A stretch of DNA of 64,000 nt from Haplodiscus bocki (Eukaryota), in NCBI GenBank assembly GCA_965655095.1, contig OZ296648.1:30380001-30444000 (forward strand), written 5' to 3'. The position numbers and the translations under genes are program-made. The notes under the pieces were generated by a model. That model was given only the letters and a program-made list of their open reading frames with translations, was not told where the DNA came from and did no database searches. Shown here piece by piece: positions 1 through 10,305 of this stretch. Each line of letters opens with the position of its first letter. Position 1 is the stretch's first letter.

Positions 1-2578
1 AACGGAATTGGAACCCACCACCTTCGGGTTTACAACCGCAATGGCACCCGACAAATGTATTAGGCAGGACAACAACGACTCTGCAGACAATTCTGCGCGT
101 CATGGGCTAAATCAAAAAAGGCCAGAATCTCTGACTAATGAATTGAATATTTTCTTTTTGAAAAATTTTTCGACAAAAAACAACGCGACATTTGGTCTGA
201 GGCCCTCCAGTTTCGTTCTTCGATTTTTCTGCATTGGTATTATTACCAATAATGAATTTCTTCAGAGATCCTTTTAACTGACTAATTAGCTTTTTGTTCC
301 AATTTTTTCTTTGCTCGTAGGAACCATTATTGTATCAACATTTGATTTTTTCAAGAACAAGGATACGAAAATTTCAGCATGGAAAGAATCGATAACTTAA
401 ACCAGTCAATCAGAGGTAGCTTGCAAGTTTTTTTCGGAGCAACTTTTTGCATGAAAATAAGGAGTGTTGAGTTTTCTCTTTTTCCACCACTCGGTTTTTT
501 CCCGAAGATGACGCTATATCTCTAATTAAAACAATACCTGAAACTCGAGTTAACATCAAAGCAAAACTGCCCCTTTCCATATTATTTAATATAGCATAGT
601 TCTTCAAATGGTATCATCATTCTAAAGATAGGGTATCCCAGTGTTATCAGTCAAACTTCTTGTAAATTTACATAGGCTAGTCAAATTATGAAATTAAAGG
701 TGTCATGTTCAGGGTTCAGGTTTCATGGAGTGGTGCCAAAAAAGAGTGTGTAGGACCCAATTTTGCCATGGAAAACAGTTAACACTGCATTGGGGGGGGG
801 GTGGTTTTCATGTTGGGTTGCAAATAAGTAGTTTGACTTGTTTTTGACACGGGTTGCCGAAATTTCGCACAAATACACTATCATGACTTAGAGTTGGAGA
901 GTATTAGGAAAAAACAATACATTGTACTTTTGTAAATAATTAGCATGAAATTCCAGGTAAATTTATCGTCATCTGTAATTTACGAGCACATTTGGCAATT
1001 TTCAAAGCACCTTCATCTTGTGTTCATCAATTCCCTGACCACGTCAATTTTCTTGCTGTTGACGTGCTTTTGACATGAGTTTAGACTGACGGGGCAGTGA
1101 AGGGAGTAGAATTTTGGCTGCAGTCAGCTACGTCAAAATCACTTCATCACTGCTTGATTTTGACGTGACAAGATTAAAAGCACTTGAATAAATATTATTT
1201 TGCAAAAGCCAGATCAAAATTATGTCAACCAAAAAGAATTGAGCATTTTTGTAAACAACTTGGTATAATATAACTGCATCGTAATTTTTTTCCGTCTCTG
1301 CGCTCAAGTGTACTTTATAGTTGATATTAGTATGGATTTACCTCTATTATAAAATATTATACGTATAGATAATCTTTTTAAGCTCAGAAAGTGATGTTAT
1401 TTATATAGATATATTGTTTTGTATGTTCAGTTCTCACCTAGGTTTTAGTCTTGGAATGGAGGTAGAAAGTTTACTTGGTGTGCCTGACAAGGGTTTCCAT
1501 ACGCTATTTTTTACCTTTGTCCGTCACAAGCGGCAGCTTGCGTCTTTCCTTTGAAAATGTGGGTGAGATCATATTTTTACTCGTCAAATTTTGTCCCATA
1601 ACGTCGAAAAAATTAGCAGAGTTTGTTTGTTTAGTTGCAGTATTTTTTGCCTGATAAAATTATCAATTCAAATAATTTCGGTATTAGCCTTTGCAAAAAG
1701 CTTTGGTTCTTTGGTATGTGTAAGGGGTGGTATTACAAAAAAAATTCGACCAGGGGTCCTAAATATGTTCTCACATAAAGATTCGTTTCGCGTTCCTGGC
1801 TTCCTAATTCTGGTCCTGAAATTAATGAGTGCCGAAAAGATTTTGTTGGAGCCCGAACAAATTTAGTGGAATACGAACACACTGCCAAGACACCTTCGAG
1901 GAGATTACCAGAAAAGATCGAAAACGGATTAGGAATCTTACCAATTTTCAGCTCATCCCGAACTCTGTACGTGAAGCCGGTTGATTTTTCTGTGAAAAAG
2001 AGAATTGTATCTCTTGCTTCCATTTTGTCAGCTGTATGGATGATGAATGTAAGCCAGAATAGTAGCATCAGGTGAAAGAAGTCATATGCAGTACGCTTCG
2101 TCATTGTGAATGTCGTCCCTGATGAACACCTAACGTCTATTTCGAAAGAGAAGTGAAAACTCAAAGTTGAAGCTTGGACGTTATGTTGTCACTTCCTTTC
2201 CGAAACGAAATGACTAATCCTAAAAACTTAGCCATTTCCATCAAAATTTTTGGAAACGTTTGCTTGCAACAATTATACTAGCCGCAGCAAACTTTCGAAA
2301 ACTCGAAAAAAAATCAGTAAAACTTTCTACGTAAAATTACCAACGAATTTTCACCAAAATTCACTCCGTTTCGTGTTTCCTATTCTAGACAAAACTTGCA
2401 AGGATGACATTTGGGCTCATAGTCATCGCTTTTGGAAAAAAACTAATGAATGTTATTCGGATTTGAAACAAAAAATTCCAGCGCCCTTTTTTGTATTTAG
2501 ATACACATTTCAATTCAGGCGACATTTTGGAGCTCAGATAAATTTGTCTTGAGTAGCTGACTTAAGTAGCAGAAGGAA

Positions 2579-3109
2579 TCAGCAGTTAATCAGGGGTACT
2601 ACATCTTGGAACCCCGAAACTATGTAAACTACTAGCATCAAAAACCTATGTTTCTTTGAAGTTCCACAAAGTTCACAAAGTGATATCAAATCAAAATGTG
2701 AACAGTTGTTGTCGTGATCTTCTTCTAGGCTAACGTTTAGTGTTGTTTGGCCATGGAAGAGACCCGCTTCAGGATGAGGATCATTCTGAGATTCGTCCTC
2801 ATTCGTTCCCTGGTTATTATCTGATGTGTTCCGGGTGGGTTCCGGAGTGGTTCCGGAGTGTCCCGGTAATAGTGGGTTCATCAGAAAGTCATCGAGTCGC
2901 GCGAGAGCACCAAGAATGCGGTTCTCTGTTCGACTGAACTCCTTTGACAGCCTTTTCGTAACTCTTCCCTCAATCTCCTCGGAGACTTGAGTTATGTAGT
3001 CCTCCTGCGATCTAGGAGCGCCTGAGTTTTGTGCCATGTTGCTCCTAGGATTTTTTTCACAAATTTTTTTATTCAACGCTGCCAACTTTCTCTTGTTTCG
3101 AGTGGTCAT
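2579..3109 (-). CDS. gag: Gag N-terminus encoded in the 3' LTR, reading 43 codons into flanking DNA
   Basis: MTTRNKRK...LEEDHD matches the gag start at 16842; residues after 2710 are unrelated flank. Confidence 0.7.
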   Translation of the reverse strand: MTTRNKRKLAALNKKICEKNPRSNMAQNSGAPRSQEDYITQVSEEIEGRVTKRLSKEFSRTENRILGALARLDDFLMNPLLPGHSGTTPEPTRNTSDNNQGTNEDESQNDPHPEAGLFHGQTTLNVSLEEDHDNNCSHFDLISLCELCGTSKKHRFLMLVVYIVSGFQDVVPLINC

Positions 3110-4811
3110 TTTTTGACGAAGGAAAAATAATTGCCAATCAGTAATGCTTTATTAGTTGAGTAGAGGCAAGAAAACAATTTGAGTTTTACAGTGACCAAAT
3201 AATACAATCAAGGAAGTCTTACAGTACTGGATTAATATCGTCAGTAAGTTACTAGCAGGGAAAAATAAAATCATCTGTGTCTGGTATTTTCATTTTCTAT
3301 TTCATCCTATTTATACTTTTTCCTGGCGGGAAAGATAATTGTTTACCCGCGAAGTCAAAGTACAAATAGGGAAAAATGCTTTCAACATCATCACTTCAAA
3401 GTTAAAAATGCCGACGCTGGTGGGAAATAAACAACTTTTCCATCCATCTCTTCCATCATAGGACGCGCTTTTTCCATCTTTCGACAGAAAATGGACGGTC
3501 CCAATCCGTCGGGGATGGACATCAAAGCGTTTATTCCCGCGCCGACATGTTGTTTATTGTATACTCCAAAGATGGAAAGTTCAGGGAATTTCCTTGTTTA
3601 GGAGACTAAAAAACAAAATTACAAAAATAAAAATGAGGAAACTAAAATAAAATACAAAATATATGACTTCATTATAGGAACACATTTAATCATCACCTTC
3701 ACATTCGTATCACCATCAACTAATTAATTAAGCTTTCAGTATTTTGGAAACGAGGAGAAACTAGTATCATTACTAATTTACTCCTCGATCCGCCTAGTAG
3801 CTACTAGTGGTATCCGGAGCAGCTCCGTAGCCACTAGTAGTACAAATTAAAATTCAGTCTGCTACTAGTGGTATCCGGAACAGCTCTGTAGCCACTAGTA
3901 GCATTCGTTTCAATTCAGTCAGCCGTGCTCGAACTAGGAGTGAATACGGAGTAACTCCGTATTCACCATAGCACTGCAGCACGGCATAGTTAAAACATTA
4001 TTAGTGACGTCACCAAACTAGTGAGGACGGAGCACGTACGGAACAAATATTCACTCCGAGAGTCAATTTATTACAAATAAGCCGCTCTATTGCTAGCACT
4101 TTTGAAAGTCAATCACTGCTGTAAACTGCGCTTCTTGTTATTAATTACTGCAATTGTAACAAAAAGGTGGATCTATATTTAATATTTAAAGAACTAAATA
4201 GATTAATATAAAAATAGCACCTTTAAGGATCAATTGCTCTGTGAATACTAGTTTGCTCCGTAACGGTTCCGTCCTAGTTTGGATCAGTTAATGTTTCTGT
4301 GCATTTATTATGGATACGTATTACATACGTATCCGTGTATATGCACAATGGTTTAAAATAGTCTAAAAATACTTAATTATGAGTCTAATTAGTAGTGTTT
4401 GGAGTTTTAAGTTTTTCGTTGGGCGTTAGGATGTCTTTGTCTGTGGAAGGGGCTGGCCACATGCCTCGCAGGTGTGCTGCGACACTCCCCGTTTTTTGAG
4501 AAAAGACATCCCTATACTCAATTTCCTCTTTTGTCACGGAAGGGCGGCGGTGTGGTAGGCGGGCTTCCAGTGGGATAGACTCGCCTGGGTTCATTTGATT
4601 CAAAAGTTTCGTCTGCAGACAAGTCCCAGTATACTCGTCTAGGGTCGTTATCAGACGAGTAGAAAGTGTTATCATCCGTAGCCGTGTGTGTGTTGTGTCC
4701 CCGTCGTCTATCGTGCTTACGTTCATCGGGGTCGTTGAAATCGGAAACAAATCAGACGGCTCCTGTGATTGGCGGCTTTGTTCTCGATCGTGGTGGATGA
4801 CGGCCATCGTT
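2710..4811 (-). repeat. 3' LTR (minimum extent; U3 start lies somewhere right of 4811)
   Basis: Highly similar to 16450-18535. Similarity stops exactly at TG 2710-2711 (CA on minus), the position that precedes the PBS in the other copy. Confidence 0.85.
3801..4012. promoter_or_regulatory. LTR hairpin cluster and CRE-like TGACGTCA palindrome (second copy at about 17527-17738)
   Basis: Two CTACTAGTGG...CCACTAGTAG hairpins (3801-3840, 3860-3903), GTGAATACGGAGT-A-ACTCCGTATTCAC (3940-3966), TGACGTCA (4005-4012). Confidence 0.6.
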
Positions 4812-5116
4812 GCCAACACATTAAAAAGGTTGGGTGGTATATTGAGGTCGTTCAAACTGGGCGGCACTATTGAGTGTTGAGCACCGAATGCATAAGGAAA
4901 AGTCGGCTCATTTGAGTTGGAGTCAAGAGTCACTATCTGTGGCTCCGGAGAAGCAACGGAGGAAATTGTTATAGTCTCTGGGTCCATAGCTTCCGATAAT
5001 TGTGTGGAGTTGAGGATCACCGGAGTGTTGGTTCGAATGGGGCTTCTCTCTGGCGATGATTGTTCGACATAAAAAACGTCTGAGTTTGTTGAGTTCGGGG
5101 AAGGTTTTCGGTACAT
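4385..5116 (-). pseudogene. Extra retrotransposon ORF (Ser/Pro/Thr-rich, basic C-terminus with HxCxxC), overlapping the LTR, frameshifted
   Basis: MYRKPSPNSTNSDVFYVEQ... from ATG 5116. The 3' half is duplicated at 18111-18535; an alternative frame gives KRKLSIGMSFLKKRGVSQHTCEACGQPL. Confidence 0.6.
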
Positions 5117-5494
5117 CGTAGCGAAAAGTGAGAAAAATTTGAAATCTTTGAAAGCTGCTGATATTGACAAAGTGACTTGAAAAAATGATGATCTGAGTGA
5201 AAGTGAGGCGGCACGCGCCGTTAGGCGGGAGACGCTTTGAAGTTCCCGCGGTTTCAGTGGAAGCATTAGAGTCACTGAAGTGGCGGTATAACTGAAGTTG
5301 ATGATTGGTAAACAAAATGAAGGTGAGATTTAGGAATGAGGAAATTCTGAGTTTCCCTCCTGAATGTATCCTTGAAATGTCATGCTGACATCATTGCTGG
5401 CAGACAAATCGGTCATATTAAAGAATCATGATAATTATTGAATAAAATTATAAATCCACCATGTAATAGTTGAAAGTAAGCCACGTCATTCATC

Positions 5495-8400
5495 ATGCCT
5501 GATGAGAAACAGCAAAAGAAGAAGAGTCAAGTGGTTGTGAGGGGCGAAGGTAGTCGTCGTTTGGAGAGTTCCTGAGCAGCACCGGATGTTAGTGTGTCCT
5601 CATTTGATCAGTTCCCCCCTGATCCCCCCATTGTGCGTGAGGCTGTTCGATGAACTGGAAATGTGAGGAGACAAGTGGACGACGAGGGCACGGAAGCTGA
5701 CGACGAGTCAGATATTATCTCTGTGGTCAATTGTTGGTGGGTGTGAGTCAGAGGGAGTCACTTTCGAGGAGGCAGTCGGGAGAGCTGGTCTCATTTCGGA
5801 GACGGAAAACGCGTTGGATACTGCTGGATTACCGATTTGTTAGTTTTCAAGCTTCTCAGAATCCATTAACTTTTTATTGGGATGTCACACTGGCCAGTTG
5901 TTCGATCCGTTAAGTTAGTTATCATGCGCGCATAAATCAGGAGAAGTTGACTCTACCATCGGGTTGTATTTTAGTGTATGATTCTGCCGGAGAACCTGCC
6001 AAACATTCAGTTCATGGCAGTGGAGAGTGTTCTGCTTCGGGCAGTCAATTTGAAGCTGGAGGGGCAACTTCAGGAGAAGACTTTTCCCGGAGAGCTTCCC
6101 GGAGAGCTCCGTTGGCGGCTGTTGCTGAGAGTTGGTATTGCTCTCGCTTAATTATCATGGTAGTGTTTCCAGCGTATGTTCATGATTGTTTTCTGCATTG
6201 TGGGCACTGAAGAGGAGACAGGAGGAGATGGAACCGGGGAGTTGTCCACTGGCGTGGAGAGCGAGAGTGTGGTGCGCAGGAGACGGGCTGTTGTTACTAG
6301 ACGGCTAGTACCGCTCGCTGGGGGGGGCAGCATTGTCTTCCTGCGGCCGACTCAATCAAGAATCGGAGTCGCCAGCTGCTAGAGAAAGCGTTTGATGAGG
6401 GTATACCTTGTTTCAAATGAGTAGTCTTCTAGTATTACTCCTCGTTTGCTCCATGTTTATAATCCATATTTTCCTGTTTTAGATCAGTACAGTGGAGATC
6501 CTTGATCGTCGGTGATTCGGGCCACAGGGCATCAGTTGGTGTCTCTCTGCCGTTCCGTAGTGGAGGAGGAGAAAAATCAGCTCCTGGGTCCATTGATGAC
6601 CAGTTAGTACTCCGGAACTGTTCCGTATGACTCCGTAATTCTGTGGTTTCACCATCTGTTATTTTGTTTGCAGAGTTTGATGAGGTGTTGGATAGACTCA
6701 GTCAGGGGCCATCTACGTCGCAGCAACAACAACAACGTGTGACTGACACAACAGACACTAGTGGAGAGGACACTGATGTTGAGCAGCCTCGGAGACGGGT
6801 GCGCTCCAGACGCACCTTCAAGATCAAGAAGGGGTACGCTGTCGGCGAGCTTGCTCAGTTCTTCGTCACCGGGCCCACTGATGCTGCAAACAGGCTGAAC
6901 GAGTTCTACTGCAGAGTGTGTCGGAAGGATGTGTCGGTTGTCACTCACGGGGGATACGAGGTCATCCGGCACTTTCAAGGACACCGCCATTTTGCTCGCG
7001 ACCAACGGCTTCGCCTCGAGACACCTGGCTGGCGGGTATTGGATTTCGACGGCAACCCGCTCCCTGAGGACGAGCTTGAGAGACAGCGGGAGAGGATCAT
7101 GCTTGCGCCCCTTGTAGTCCGGGACCGTGAATATCCTTTTCGGGAGGATCTAGTTCCGGATGCATCCGGAAACGTGGATCCGCAGCTGCCAATGTTGGCG
7201 AAAGTCTCGTGCCTCATCGATGCTCTTCAGTTGGGTGGGAGTTACGAGCTTGTGGAAAAACTGTGGGAGCGATTCGTGCTGACAGCCAGCCAAATCAATG
7301 TGGCTGTTGCCTGGTCCCGCGATGAGGTTTTGGTTAGTTCCGTATTGTCTCCGGATTCCACATGGACTAATTGCTTTCAATTCGGGTTTTTATTTGTTCC
7401 TGTTATAGTCCATTCTGTTGAACGGGATGCTGCCCCGGACTTTGACACGTGTTGTTGACTGGGTTAGGGCACACCGGCAGTTTAGTGTGGAGTTCGCGAC
7501 TCAGGGCTCTGCAACCTGGGTTTACATCAGGACGCGGAAGGCGGGGGAGTTCGTGCGAGTTGCTGTAGCCATAATTGACCGATATTTTGGTGATGCAAAC
7601 AGTGAGTTGGCAATTTTGGGAAAGATTTTGAGCACGGTGGGCAGCGGGCCATCACTGGTTTCTCTTTCTGGAGGCTCTCACACATTGGTTGAGTGCAACA
7701 AGGAGTACCTTGGCAGTGGCTACACGAAAACCCTTGTAGATTACCCGATTTTCGATGCAAGACTGTTAAAGCGATGCCTTCAAAAAACTGCATCAGTCGT
7801 CTTTGGGACTTTGGACCCTTTTTCAATGACTGAGTTCATTGTAGCGCGATTGAAGGGGGCGGAACATCGAGACTGGATGCAGTCGAGGCAGTCTCTACGC
7901 AGGGCTATTGAAACAGGTGATCTCTCTCTTCCCGGTCTTTTGGATGTTGTCAGTAACATCATTGGTGTATGGCCGCTGATCGTTTCATATTTAAAGGAAA
8001 CTGGGAAGAAGGACAGCGGAGATAGCCTTGTGGTATGGTTTTTTCTTCGAATTACTTTGTCATATAATGCCCATATTCACTTGTGTTTTCTTGTTTAGAA
8101 GAAAGAGATAGATGGGTACTTTTACGTTGAACAGTTGGGCACAATGAAGTTCCGTCTATTCCATCTTATCCTTGAAATGTGTTAGGATTCACGTTCCTTG
8201 TCATATTTGCGTAGTTTTTCTGATTTTACGCGCGCATGTTTGTATGGGGGTTCTAGGAGTCAGCGTGTAGCGTTCCTGGTGGCATCCTCATTTTGAGTTA
8301 GTCAGGGATTTCTAGGAGTCAACTTGGAGTGTTCCTAGTGGCATCCTCATTTTGAGTTAGTCAGGGATTTCTGAAAGTCAACTTGGAGTGTCCCTAGTGG

Positions 8401-9863
8401 CATCCTCAGTTCGAGTTGGTACTCAGGGGTATTCTTCTGTTTCAGACAACAACAATTTCATCGCAGAGCAGTCTCCTGGAAGTGGGTACGGATATCGGGC
8501 GTATGGCGAGCTGTCCCACTTTGTGTTTTGCATCTTGCAAAAGATCAAGAAGAGTGAGTCACTTCCTTTAGTTGAGAAATGGGAAGACTACATGCTGCCG
8601 AACCATTCTTCATTCGCCGCTAATGATGAGGAGCGTTTTCTCGTGGGGACCCGCATTAACGCAGCTCTAGAGAAGATGTCAAGCTCCTACTTGAGGAAGG
8701 AATTCCGGAGCAACGCCCGCCGCTTCCTTGAGGAATTCTGCAGCACCATTCTGTCAACCATGGCCACCAGACCAAAACTGGGTCAGGGAGTTAGCTGTTT
8801 TTGCCCTGAAATAATTCTTGGAGGCGATGACCATTCCGCCTTTTTCTTGCACGGACAGTTACTGGATGGGCTTGTCGAGTGTGGTTGGGAGAAGGGATCC
8901 AACGTTGAGGCCTGCAAAGCCGAGTTCCAGTCTTTTGTTCCGGGAGCAGCGCCAGCTGGAACGTCATTCCACGAGGAGGCCTCCTGATGTAGGGAACATC
9001 CTGGCCTACTTCGCTCACCAGACTGGATTTCAGAGTAGCAGACATCTGTTTCAGGTAATTTGTCGCACTAGTTTAGGATAGCCTTCATTGTAAGCACTAA
9101 TCATCAGTATTTGTTACAGGTATTTCAAATGACAACTTTGTTTCTTCGGGATTCGGTTGAAGAATTGCCCGCATTCATTGTAAACTTGAATGGAATTGCT
9201 TTGAGTCGCCGGCTAGTGGAGAAGTCAATTGCTTGCATCCAGGATTTTGTTCGGTCACCACGGTTTACCCAGCGCGATTTCTTCAGCGATAATGGGATCA
9301 ATTTGCTTGTCTCTGCCATCAATGCTGCTGGTTCGATGCGCGACTAACCAACTTGTGAGCCTTGGGCGAATGTTCTTCCTGATGGCTATGAGGCTACTTT
9401 AGTGGATCCAAAGAAAGCATACGATGTTGTGGTTGTTAGGCGGAAGGAGGCACGGGATACATCAGAGAGATGGTTCAGGGTGCGCAGTGTGGAGTCGTCT
9501 GAAGTTGGGGAGCCATCTTGTCGGTCTGGAGTGCGAATATCCAATGTTGTTGAGGTTGGACAGGTTGAATACTTGTCTGGGTCTGTACCTGCTTGGTATC
9601 AGCCTTGTGGTAGTACTACAGTATCTCCTGGAAGCCCTGGAAAAATAAAGCGGAAGAGAAGTGTGACACCTGCTCCCGCTGCTAGCCCCAAACGGTTGTT
9701 TGAATTTGACGATGAGTCAATCATTTTGCCAAAGGGAAGAGGGGTGTATTTTGAAGACCCCAATTTTGAGTGCGCTTTGAAGAGCCAAGAAAAAACTGCT
9801 GCATTTCGTCGGAGTGGTCGCAGTCGCCGTGCTGCACCAATCTTCCAGTCTAGTCCACGATAA
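5495..9863 (+). pseudogene. Spliced BED-finger / hAT-transposase-derived gene, apparently lacking DDE residues
   Basis: Phase-compatible GT-AG introns at 7333-7408, 8033-8098, 8181-8445 and 9055-9119, plus less certain ones before 6674. BED-like FYCRVC...IRHFQGHRH; hAT-like blocks FSVEF...VYIRT and EFRSNARRFLEEFCSTIL...GVSCFCP. Stops at 5573, 5651 and 9345 and a frameshift near 8938. Confidence 0.75.
8251..8428. repeat. Three 59-bp tandem units inside an intron of the hAT-like gene
   Basis: TTCTAGGAGTC-like starts at 8251, 8310 and 8369; each unit contains GTGGCATCCTCA. Confidence 0.9.
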
Positions 9864-10305
9864 CTTGACATATCTTTTGCATTTTAAATTATATTTAGTA
9901 TTTAGAGTATATAGTTAACTGTCTATAGCCCGCTGTCACTTTGCAGAGTTGAGTAGTATTTGAGTATGTCGCCAGGGTGTATCCTCAATTTATTAGGATT
10001 AACTTGTATGTACTCCGTATTGTATCCGTAGCCACCATTTTAGGAAATTCCAGGGATGTCTCCGGAAGCGAAGAGACATACTAGGATACACTGGGTGGGT
10101 GGTTCTGGAACGTGGGGTTTGAAATTCTGCAGTTTGGGAAATGACTAGGATTGAATAGCTTGTAATTCTATGCTGTTCCAGAAATGGTGTTTGGAGTTTT
10201 GTAGGTGAACGTGTAAGGGCTCCCGATATGTTCCGTAGCACTTTCCCAAAATCCACATTTTGTATCCGTAGTTGTTCCGGATGCACACGAAGGTAGACTT
10301 ACGAT

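Larger units (their letters stand above)
5365..9985 (+). mobile_element. 4.6-kb module bounded by TGTATCCT direct repeats, no TIRs, inside the Gypsy 3' region
   Basis: TGTATCCT at 5365-5372 and 9978-9985, about 120 bp outside the start and stop of the enclosed gene. Confidence 0.6.

Noticed and set aside
330-640. 3' tail of a CR1/L2 LINE
   Set aside because: Only a faint impression; no diagnostic motif.
1733-2164. Beta/gamma-crystallin-like secreted protein
   Set aside because: The resemblance is too vague to support a call.
4385-5275. env gene
   Set aside because: No signal peptide, fusion peptide or transmembrane segment.
5365-9985. Autonomous hAT transposon
   Set aside because: No TIRs and no recognisable DDE or CxxH residues.
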